This document shows, in pieces, positions 26,987-35,400 of a stretch of 40,523 nt of DNA (positions within the stretch are counted from its first letter, which is position 1; each line of letters begins with the position of its first letter). The translations under genes and the position numbers were made by a program. This DNA comes from a virus. Taxonomy: Duplodnaviria > Caudoviricetes. The DNA is taken from IMG/VR virus record IMGVR_UViG_3300048599_000201, positions 1-40,523 of that record; one strand, written 5' to 3'. Under the pieces are notes generated by a model, which was not told where the DNA came from, made no database searches, and saw nothing but the letters and a program-made list of their open reading frames with translations.

Positions 26987-27939
26987 TGCTCCCGAAGACG
27001 CCAATCCCGTTCGCTCCCACACCGCAGCTCATGGTCCAATACTGCACCTTCCATCTTGGAAAGGTGATGGCCGTTGGCGATCCGGAGGGCCGACAACGTG
27101 TGCGGGTGGAGGTGCCGGGGCTCCTGGGCACAGGGAAAGAGAACTGGACGGATTGGATCGAGCTATCCGGTAATCCCATGGGCGGCACCAAAGCAGAAGG
27201 CGACGAAGGAATCTGGTGGACGATGCAAGTCGGACAGATCGTCCTGGTGGGATTCATATCCGGCGATCCCTTTGCACTCTGGTGTGTTCCCGGACCGACA
27301 GTCCAGGAAGAAAAAGGCCGCAACAAGCAGTGGGCTCTCAAAGAAGCCAAAATTGCGGGCAAGGACAAGCCCCGCGAGGCGACCCGAATAAAAGGACTCA
27401 AAACGGAATCCGGTCACACGCTCCTGTACGATGATCGGGGCAAAAAAGAAAAACTGGCGCTAGTCGATTGGACGGGATCGGGGCTCTACATGGTCGGGCC
27501 CGGCAAGAAAGAAGACGAAGACGAAAAAGAGGACGAAGAGTCCAAGCCCCGCAAAAATGAACGACGCGGCACCAAGCTGGTTGCAACTAACACATCGAAA
27601 ACCGTTAAAGACCTAATCGAAGGAGCGAAATATCTCCTCGGGCTCCTGGATCTGAACGGACAGGGGATCATCAGCGTAGCAGAAGACGGTAAAGGCAGAG
27701 CTGCATTCTACGCAGCCGGTGCAAATGGCGGGATCGGACCGTCAATCCTCATCGATGCAGAGGCTCCCCGGATATACATCACCTGCGGGGCTGTGCAAAT
27801 GGTGTTTCGCGGCGATAAAGGGGACATCCAGGTGACGCGGGCGCTTATACAGGAACTCGCTGAGAAATACCCTGTGGAGAATGTGATCAGCGGGATGCGA
27901 AGCGATCTGTCGAAGGCGTGGGAGGAATTCAAAGAGTAA
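26986..27939 (+). CDS. Baseplate spike (gpV/gp5-like OB fold)
   Basis: GKVMAVGDPEGRQRVRVEVPGL...TDWIE...VGQIVLVGFISGDP, KTESGHTLLYDD. Confidence 0.85.
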   Translation: MLPKTPIPFAPTPQLMVQYCTFHLGKVMAVGDPEGRQRVRVEVPGLLGTGKENWTDWIELSGNPMGGTKAEGDEGIWWTMQVGQIVLVGFISGDPFALWCVPGPTVQEEKGRNKQWALKEAKIAGKDKPREATRIKGLKTESGHTLLYDDRGKKEKLALVDWTGSGLYMVGPGKKEDEDEKEDEESKPRKNERRGTKLVATNTSKTVKDLIEGAKYLLGLLDLNGQGIISVAEDGKGRAAFYAAGANGGIGPSILIDAEAPRIYITCGAVQMVFRGDKGDIQVTRALIQELAEKYPVENVISGMRSDLSKAWEEFKE

Positions 27940-27940
27940 A

Positions 27941-28058
27941 CGGGGTGAGGCTTTTTGTAAAAAGCCCCTCCCCGTGCCCCTCCGCAAAAACTTTTAATAC
28001 TTTTCCGGAATCGACCGTCTTCCTGACGGAAGACCCGATTCCGGAAAACCAGTTCGCC
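27941..28058 (+). repeat. Family B double-hairpin repeat, closest to 6171-6287
   Basis: CGGGGTGAGGCTTTTT-GT-AAAAAGCCCCTCCCCG, tail CAAAAACTTTTAA, second stem TTTTCCGGAATCG...CGATTCCGGAAAA, end GTTCGCC. Confidence 0.9.
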
Positions 28059-28075
28059 ACGGAAGGTTTTGGATC

Positions 28076-28936
28076 ATGATCAACAAAGCGCCATTCTACG
28101 GGAAGGGGCTGGCATTTCCGCTAGAGATCGATCCGAATAGGGGCGGTTTCCGCATGACTGAAGGGAACGCCGATTCCGTTTCCGTGGGCCTGGCCTATGC
28201 TCCGGATCGGCAGACTATCCGGGAAGATCCGGAACGGGATCGGCACAACCATATTGCGGAGGCCATTGCTCATATCCTGCTGGTGCGTCCTGGGGAACAC
28301 GACACGCTCCCGGAATTCGGGTCCAGGCAGTTCACGGTCATAAACAAACCGAACAACTTCGAGACCAAGAACCTCCTTGACACCTGGGTGGAAGTCGCAA
28401 CGAAACGCTGGGAAAAACGTGCTCGGATACCCGTCCCCGAAGGCGTGCAGTGGCACGGAACGGATCGCGAGACGGACGAAAATATAGCGCCCGTTCGATT
28501 CCTCGTGGAATTCATCCGCAACCAGGTGGAAGCAAACCTGGTCAGCCCGTTCGTGACACCACGGCAGGCACGTGCCCAGGAATATCCGCTCGGGGACATC
28601 GACTCCGAAGGGCACGACGGATGCAGCCGCTACAACGGGATGCCTGCTCACGAGATCGAAGGAATCAGATTCCTGCGGCCACGTGAAAGCGTTCCGTTAC
28701 CTCCTCAATCCGATGACACCTTTTACGAAGTGAAACACGGGGATACCTGGTTACTCATCAGTCACCGGTTATACGGCGATATCCGCTACTGGTGGGCCAT
28801 TGCTGACATGTTTATCGAGGATGCAGCTACAGCAGGAATGTCTATAGACGCTATGGATATCACCAGCGATCCCGAACCCGGAACACTGCTCAGGTGCCCG
28901 AGCGTTGCTCGGCTCCTGATGGAGATGGCGGGATGA
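28076..28936 (+). CDS. gp25/GPW-like baseplate wedge protein fused to a C-terminal LysM (gpX-like) domain
   Basis: GKGLAFP...IAHILLVRPGE...PEFGS...RWEKR; C-terminal YEVKHGDTWLLISHRLYGDIRYWWAIAD...PGTLLRCP. Confidence 0.85.
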   Translation: MINKAPFYGKGLAFPLEIDPNRGGFRMTEGNADSVSVGLAYAPDRQTIREDPERDRHNHIAEAIAHILLVRPGEHDTLPEFGSRQFTVINKPNNFETKNLLDTWVEVATKRWEKRARIPVPEGVQWHGTDRETDENIAPVRFLVEFIRNQVEANLVSPFVTPRQARAQEYPLGDIDSEGHDGCSRYNGMPAHEIEGIRFLRPRESVPLPPQSDDTFYEVKHGDTWLLISHRLYGDIRYWWAIADMFIEDAATAGMSIDAMDITSDPEPGTLLRCPSVARLLMEMAG

Positions 28937-28964
28937 GGAAGGAAAGAGGAAAGAGGGAAGGAAA

Positions 28965-29038
28965 GGCAAAGAAAGAATCCGAGGAACCCTTTTTTGCAAA
29001 AAAGTGTTCCTCGGGCTCCTCCCCAAAAACTCTTAATA
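28965..29038 (+). repeat. Family B repeat (first hairpin plus tail)
   Basis: GGCAAAGAAAGAAT-CCGAGGAACCCTTTTTT-GC-AAAAAAGTGTTCCTCGG-GCTCCTCCCCAAAAACTCTTAA. Confidence 0.85.
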
Positions 29039-29060
29039 TATGGGTGCAAGAGGTAGTGAC

Positions 29061-29144
29061 ATGAACATTACGATTACTGATATCGCGGTGGTGTTTTCTC
29101 TAGGAGCCGCATGCGGTGCATTAGTTGCGAGATGGGTTCTGTAG
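29061..29144 (+). CDS. Single-TM micropeptide 1 (27 aa); not in the ORF track
   Basis: GAGGT SD; MNITITDIAVVFSLGAACGALVARWVL; similar to 29227..29319. Confidence 0.6.
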   Translation: MNITITDIAVVFSLGAACGALVARWVL

Positions 29145-29181
29145 GGGTCCCGCGAAACGCGGGATGTCTGCCCGGCTTTGG
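29141..29181 (+). repeat. Short hairpin motif E, copy 2
   Basis: GTAGGGGTCCCGCGAAACGCGGGATGTCTGCCCGGCTTTGG. Confidence 0.6.
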
Positions 29182-29226
29182 TAGCAGCCGGCCTCCGTGC
29201 CGGCGTCGTGAAAAGGAGACGATGCA

Positions 29227-29319
29227 ATGACCGTCACGAATATCACTTCATGTGACCTCTTCATCGTGTTTTTCGTGGGAACCGTATTCGGAGTCTTCCT
29301 TGGCAAATTCGTCGCGTAG
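29227..29319 (+). CDS. Single-TM micropeptide 2 (30 aa); not in the ORF track
   Basis: AAGGAG SD; MTVTNITSCDLFIVFFVGTVFGVFLGKFVA; ends 8 bp before the baseplate J start. Confidence 0.6.
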   Translation: MTVTNITSCDLFIVFFVGTVFGVFLGKFVA

Positions 29320-29327
29320 GTGCACAA

Positions 29328-30734
29328 ATGCCGCCATTATTCAATTTTGCGAGACGTGATTATTCGGCGCTGATTGAGGAGTTCGAAACGGCGCTGATTG
29401 CGGCGCTGCCGGAATACACGGACCTGAACCATTCCGATGCAGGTATTTCTATCGGCAGGCTGAATGCCAGCGATCTGGATAAGCTGAATTTCTATATCGA
29501 CTATGTTGCCGGCGAAGGGTTCCTCGCAAAAGCACAGGCCAGGCAGAGCCTTATACGCCTCGGCACAGTTGTCGGGTATCTGCCAACATTGGCGGCTGCG
29601 GCGTCAACTCGATTGCGACTGACCAGGGCTGAGGCAGGATCGGATGTCATCTCTATTCCGAAATACTCTGCATTCAACCGTGCGGACGGGCTCACATATC
29701 TGACCGTGGATGCAGTGTCCATTCCAGCCGGATCGGACAACGTCGAAGTGAACGCCATCCAGGGAACCGTTGTCGAGCAGGAACTGGAAGCATCTGACTT
29801 TGCTGTTGTGGACCGCACAAAGCATCCTCGCTTCAGATTGGAGGCCGGAGTTGCGGGCGGATTCACAGAACTGTCGCACGGAGATCCGGCTCAATCGTGG
29901 ACGAATGTCGACTCATTCTGGCGGTCGTGGCCGGCCGATCTGCATTTCCTGTTCGAACTGAACGGCGACACGGACGAAGTGTGGCTCGTGCTGGGAGATG
30001 GCAAGAAGGGATCTCTCCCGCCGTCGGGCACCATGAACCTCCGTTACATCCGCACGGCAGGGGCATCAGGAAACTGCGGGCATTCCGTGATTTACGGTGT
30101 GCCTGACGGATTCTCCGGAGTGATCACCTGCACGAATATCGAGCCGGCAACGGGCGGAGCTCCGGCAGAAGACCGCGAATCGATCCGCAGCATGATACCT
30201 CGCATGGTGCAGTTGCAACGCCGGGCCGTAACAACGTCCGACTATCCGGCGCTCATCGAACATATGCCCGGAGTGCTCCACTGCCAGGCCCTGGACCGAA
30301 ACACGAGCCGTTACTGGCCGCACGATCACATGATCCTGTACGTGGTCCCGGACGGTGGCGGGCCAATCAGCACGCTCTTGAAACAGCAAATCTGGGCAGT
30401 ATGCGGAGAATGGGGACACCTCGGGCCGTGGAAGGAACGCTACATCTTGCTCGACGCTATCGCGGATTCACTCAACGTTTCCATGCGCATAGGAGTCTTG
30501 CCGAACTATTCGCCGGAAGCGGTTACAAGCGCTGCTATCACCGCAGTCACAAATCTTTTGGCACCGCAAAACCGGACAATCGGCGGACGGCTCGCATTCA
30601 CGGATCTCCAAAAAACAGCGAACTCCGTTACCGGGCTGTCGTGGGTCGAATTCGATAGCCCCAAACAGGACGTTCCAGCAGCAAACGGCCATATCATTGG
30701 TCCCGGAATCATAACGGCGACGGTGCAAACGTAG
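29328..30734 (+). CDS. Baseplate J-like wedge protein
   Basis: RDYSALIEE...SDAG...LNFYID...LGDGKKG...ATGGAPAEDRESIR...RAVTTSDY. Confidence 0.9.
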   Translation: MPPLFNFARRDYSALIEEFETALIAALPEYTDLNHSDAGISIGRLNASDLDKLNFYIDYVAGEGFLAKAQARQSLIRLGTVVGYLPTLAAAASTRLRLTRAEAGSDVISIPKYSAFNRADGLTYLTVDAVSIPAGSDNVEVNAIQGTVVEQELEASDFAVVDRTKHPRFRLEAGVAGGFTELSHGDPAQSWTNVDSFWRSWPADLHFLFELNGDTDEVWLVLGDGKKGSLPPSGTMNLRYIRTAGASGNCGHSVIYGVPDGFSGVITCTNIEPATGGAPAEDRESIRSMIPRMVQLQRRAVTTSDYPALIEHMPGVLHCQALDRNTSRYWPHDHMILYVVPDGGGPISTLLKQQIWAVCGEWGHLGPWKERYILLDAIADSLNVSMRIGVLPNYSPEAVTSAAITAVTNLLAPQNRTIGGRLAFTDLQKTANSVTGLSWVEFDSPKQDVPAANGHIIGPGIITATVQT

Positions 30735-30735
30735 G

Positions 30736-30809
30736 GGCAAGAAAGAATCTGGGGGAGGCGCTTTTTGCAAAAAGCGCCTCCCCGGACCCCTCCTCCAAAA
30801 ACACTTAAT
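30736..30809 (+). repeat. Family B repeat (first hairpin plus tail)
   Basis: GGCAAGAAAGAATCTG-GGGGAGGCGCTTTTT-GC-AAAAAGCGCCTCCCC-GGACCCCTCCTCCAAAAACACTTAA. Confidence 0.88.
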
Positions 30810-30896
30810 CTAGTGGTGGAACCGTGAGTCAATCGGCCAGAAATTCAAAGTCCAGCAACCATGTGTCAGCGCAACGGGCGGTGGGCGAGACATGTG

Positions 30897-30955
30897 TGAA
30901 AAGTTTTTGGGTGGGGGTCCGGGGGCACCTTTTTTGCCAAAAAAGGGACTCCCGG
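30897..30955 (-). repeat. Family B repeat in inverted orientation
   Basis: Reverse complement reads CCGGGAGTCCCTTTTTT-GGC-AAAAAAGGTGCCCCCGG-ACCCCCACCCAAAAACTTTT. Confidence 0.8.
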
Positions 30956-30985
30956 CATCCCTGCCTTCCCAAAAGGTTTTAAAAG

Positions 30986-31933
30986 ATGGCACGGACACGG
31001 CTCTTTAAACGACTGCCGGAAGCCTGGAAACGCTATGACGCTGACAGGGTCGCGGAGCGGTATCTCGGGGTTCTGGACGGAGGTCTTGACAGGAGTCACG
31101 ACCTGGCCCGTGAGGTTTTGGGATTCCGGTCGGTTGATGAGGTGCCGGATCGGTTCCTGCCCTTGGCGGGAGAGCTGGTCGGTCATGAATGGCGGTCGGA
31201 TAAGGATCACGATTGGAACCGGTCTCGGATACGGGATGCGATCAGAAGGTATTCGTATAAAGGGACGATTGCTGCCCTAAGCGACTTGATCAAGGAGCAT
31301 GGTGGTAGCTGGTGGGATGTCACCGACATGGCGTCTCGCTTGTGGGTATGGAACCGGCAGGGGCGGTTTAACAGAGACGATTCGCACGTGCTCGCGGCTG
31401 ATTTCTGGCATCCAGGAGCGTTCTTGCTGCATGTGTTGGACGATCTCGATTTCGAGGGGTTCCTGAAGGATTTCGAGAAGGTCCGCAAGGGCGGCGAAGT
31501 CTGGTATTTCAACCACATCTGGCGACTACCGAACGTAGTGCAAGAGCAGACATGGGATGCAACGTATGAGGTCGAGCAGGATGCGAGTCGTGTTCAGTTC
31601 GGCAGATACAACCGGGACCTGTTCAACACGTTCAAAGGCGCTGCCAAGTGCGAGCTGGAAGAACAGCCCGCACCGATGCTGGACGGTTCCAGGAGAGTGT
31701 TCGGCAGATTCAATATCGATCTGTTCATGACATTCAGGGGTGCGCTGAAAGGGCTGTATGAATTCGAGGACACCTATCCGGCAACGCCGCACGGGAGCCT
31801 TGTCACCATGGACAGCACGATACGCTGTGATCGCACTGACATCACGGTAGATCAGGGAGTTCCGGGCAATCCGTTGACACTTGAGGCGGCGCTACTTCAG
31901 GAGCCTGCCTGCATAATAGAGGAGACAATCTGA
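30986..31933 (+). CDS. Baseplate wedge protein (P2 gpI-like)
   Basis: LFKRLPE...VDEVPDRFLPLAGELVG...RSRIRDAIRRYSYKGT; follows baseplate J. Confidence 0.8.
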   Translation: MARTRLFKRLPEAWKRYDADRVAERYLGVLDGGLDRSHDLAREVLGFRSVDEVPDRFLPLAGELVGHEWRSDKDHDWNRSRIRDAIRRYSYKGTIAALSDLIKEHGGSWWDVTDMASRLWVWNRQGRFNRDDSHVLAADFWHPGAFLLHVLDDLDFEGFLKDFEKVRKGGEVWYFNHIWRLPNVVQEQTWDATYEVEQDASRVQFGRYNRDLFNTFKGAAKCELEEQPAPMLDGSRRVFGRFNIDLFMTFRGALKGLYEFEDTYPATPHGSLVTMDSTIRCDRTDITVDQGVPGNPLTLEAALLQEPACIIEETI

Positions 31934-32487
31934 TGAGCCAAGCGGCATCGATCATGTATGAGGGATGTATCGAGTCGGCACTCGATCTGAAAGCCAAGAC
32001 GCTGTGGATCGCATTCGCAGGGATAACAACCCCGTGGCCGGATGACGACAACCCTCCGACTCCGGGACCCGGAGAAACGGAGGTGACCGAGCCGCTGGTT
32101 TACGTGAAAGCTGCCGTCAAGCAGCTCGTCAAACCGGTCACTCAGGCAGCCTGGGAAGCGATTCCAGCGGATCAACGGGTGCCGCTGCCGCTGAACGGTA
32201 TTTATTACGCCTATGTGGACGATGCCGATGCCTATGATGAGTATGCACGGTGGATCTACGTGCGGGGGAGTATCAACCCTGCCGCAAGCGGTCATCCTAC
32301 GGGCACGTTCCGCATGGTGCGAGTTTTGTCAGGGCTCACACCCGCTGCAGGTCACGAGGGCGCTGAATGGCTTCTACCTGTGAATGTTGCGGATAGAGGA
32401 AAATTACGGTGGGGCGATAACCTGTCAGCCGTCACGGTGACCACGTCAAATCTTTTCACGGTGCACATCCCTATAGAGTTTCGATAA
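31933..32487 (+). CDS. Baseplate structural protein
   Basis: LWIAFAGITTPWPDDDNPPTP motif; TGATG coupling; GGAG SD. Confidence 0.65.
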   Translation: MSQAASIMYEGCIESALDLKAKTLWIAFAGITTPWPDDDNPPTPGPGETEVTEPLVYVKAAVKQLVKPVTQAAWEAIPADQRVPLPLNGIYYAYVDDADAYDEYARWIYVRGSINPAASGHPTGTFRMVRVLSGLTPAAGHEGAEWLLPVNVADRGKLRWGDNLSAVTVTTSNLFTVHIPIEFR

Positions 32488-32499
32488 GGAGAGCGGATC

Positions 32500-35400
32500 A
32501 TGCCACGCAGAGCCGATTTTATGCACAATTACAATGTGAGGGCTTTCGAGAATCTCGATCCGCCCGTGATGAAGATTCCCGTTGTCGAGGGACAAGCCGG
32601 GAGTCAATCGCTCACGTACGCTGCGACCTTCGTCACGATATGCGGCGAAACGCCTGCGAGCACTCCGGTGATCATCACCAATGGGCCGGACACGCTGAAC
32701 GGGTTCGACAAGGTGAAGCTGGGTGTGGAGAGCATCCCGGCAGCAGCCCGGAAGGTGCGGTTCTACAAGAACACCGTTGACGGGCTGCGGCTGCTCGGTG
32801 AGGTGGACAGGGCTATCGGGCAGATGTTCGATTCGGGGCAGGCGGTTACTGCGACCGTTCCTATCAGTCAGAACACGTCAGGTCGCCCGCGTCACCTGGC
32901 GCTCGGGTTTCATTCCGGAGAGCTTTGTGGACGCCAGGAATTTATGGACCTGCAAGCCATTTTCGACCGCGACATCAAGGCCCTGGGCGATACCATCTTC
33001 AAAGACGGCGACGTGATCTCCGGTTGCGCGGTGCAGTTCGTTTCAGGAACAACCTGGCGTCTCACTGAAGGGTTTGTCTACCTGTACGGGATGATTCACG
33101 CCATTGACAGCGGTCTGGTGACGCTTGTCGGGACCGGGAAAGAGATGGTGGGAATCAGGGTCGAAGAGGACTGGATAACGAATGTTCAGGACCCTGTTCT
33201 GAAAGCCCATGCGGATGAGGAGGTCCCCCCGGAATATGCGCAACACGGTGCGGATCGGCTCGTGCTGAATTTTACCTGGGTTGTCGATCAGCCCGGGCAA
33301 ATCAACGTGCGGCCGTTCCTGGACGGCCAGCCGTTACTCGAACAGCAAACCACGGAATACAGCGAGCTGGAAAAGATGGTGAATCGCCGGTTCTACCGCT
33401 TGAGCGGCGATTACAGCGTCAAGCCGTTTCCGAGGAAGCTGATTCCGCACGATACTGATGCGGCCAAGATGCAATTGAAAATCGACGGCGGCGGAATAGC
33501 GTCTGTTGGCGGACCTGAGATCGAGACCATTGCTCCGCAGTTCGTGGAGGTTCCGAAAGCTCGGGATACCGAGTCCGTGAACAATTCGCCGCTCGATCCC
33601 TACGATGCTCCGGGCGGTGCGGTCATCGGCACGGTGAGCGAACCGTTCAACGTGAACGGCCTGGCGGTCAAGCTGCGGTGCGGTAGCGGCAACTACCACA
33701 CAGTGGCGCTCACGGGAAGCGGTCAAACTGCGCTTCAGGTAGCGAATCAGATCGCCAATGCAATCAATGCCTACCCCACAAGCGGGACTCTGGTCACCTG
33801 CACTGCTACAGGCGGAAAGCTCAAGGTCCAGGGTCCGGACGGAAAGTCGCTTACGATAGCGGCAGTCGCATCAGACGCTTACGGCGTATTGGGGATCTCT
33901 CCGGGAGTCTACGAGCCTACGGGACAACGGATCTACCGGGTGAACGATGCGTTCGTGAAGAGTGTCAGCGATCTGTCGTATATCACGGAAGTGGTCGAGG
34001 CCGTGACTCATGACGGGACCGATCACATCGATACGATGGCCAATACGAACGTCAGCGATATTCTGGGGGCATCCTTCGCAGAGGCGGACGCTCACGACGG
34101 TAAATACGATTTCGTGAAGAATATCGATTTCGTGAAAAGCGGTAATGAGGCCGACTTTGCTGCGCTGGGCGGGGCCAATCCGGCGAACGGGCAGACCATC
34201 TATTTCAAGTATCGGTACAGCGTGAATGCGGTGAAGGGTGTTCGGGTGAGAGTGCGAGTCACGGACGCTCAGATCGTCAAAGGCGCTGAGGACGGTCAGG
34301 ACACGATTATCTTCGGTAGCGGCGATGCGGTTGAGGTGAAGACCGGCAATCCGGTGACAGGCTTGTCCGGTGAAGTGTCCGATGTGATCCGCATACTGCG
34401 GGTAAACAATTCGTCAGGACAGTCGCAATCGCAGTATACCAATTACTCCTTGGTGAAGAACTCCGGTGCACTAAAGCACGAGACGAGCAAGATCGACTGG
34501 AGCGCAGCGGGCGCACAGGGCGTGACTCCGGGCGGGCAACCGTCCACGGGATCGACCTATTACCTCACATTCGAATACTGGCGACATGTCACTGAAGGCG
34601 ATTTCGTCACCGCTGATTCGTATCTCAACGATTACGAAGAGATCGAGTATGCAACGGGCACATCGTGGAATCTCCGGGACTGCGCAGATTTCCGCACGGT
34701 GAACGGCAAACGGCCTGTTCAGGGTGATTCTGCACGGTTCGATTACGAATTCTACCTGTCCCGCGTGGATCGGGTTGTGCTGGGCAGTGACGGGTATTTT
34801 CAGAGAGTGGCCGGTATACCGGCGTTGGTTCCGGTGGCACCCAAGAATCCCCAGGGCCCGCTGGCAATGTTCCTGCTCAGGGTCCCACCGTTCACGTACA
34901 GCCCTGCAGATGTAGTGATCCAGAACCTGGAAATACAGCGGAAAACACAGCAGGGTATCAACGAGATGCTCGCCAAGATCGAGCGCACCGAATACTTCAT
35001 CGCGCAGTTTCTATCGAAACAGGGTGCAAAGGAGAATACCGCCGCCACGGATGCAAAAGGCATTTTCGTTGATTCTCTGGTCGGGCAGAAAAACGGAGAT
35101 TTCGAGTTCTCGAAAAACGGCATCCAGTTCACGGCAGCAATCGATACTTTCGAGCGGTGCATACGGCTCCCGGTGAGTGAGGACGGTCGGGTCATCTCAC
35201 TGGATGAGGCAAATTCTTCGGGATTCGCACGGGCGGGTAAAGTGCTGATGTTTGCCTATCAACCGGAGATCTATCTGTCGCAATTGAAGGCCACGGGAAT
35301 CATCAACGTCAATCCTCATGAGGTTTTCGGGTGGATCGGCACCCTGGAGATCGATCCGGAAGAGGATTTCTGGACGGACGTGGCGCAACTGCCGGCTGTG

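Noticed and set aside
5519-30983. CRISPR array or simple intrinsic terminators as the explanation for the palindromes
   Set aside because: Copies are dispersed with no regular spacers or cas genes; the T-tract is inside the stem rather than directly after it
19396-32487. Extracellular contractile injection system or tailocin
   Set aside because: Terminase, portal, protease, capsid and a full tape measure are in the same operon
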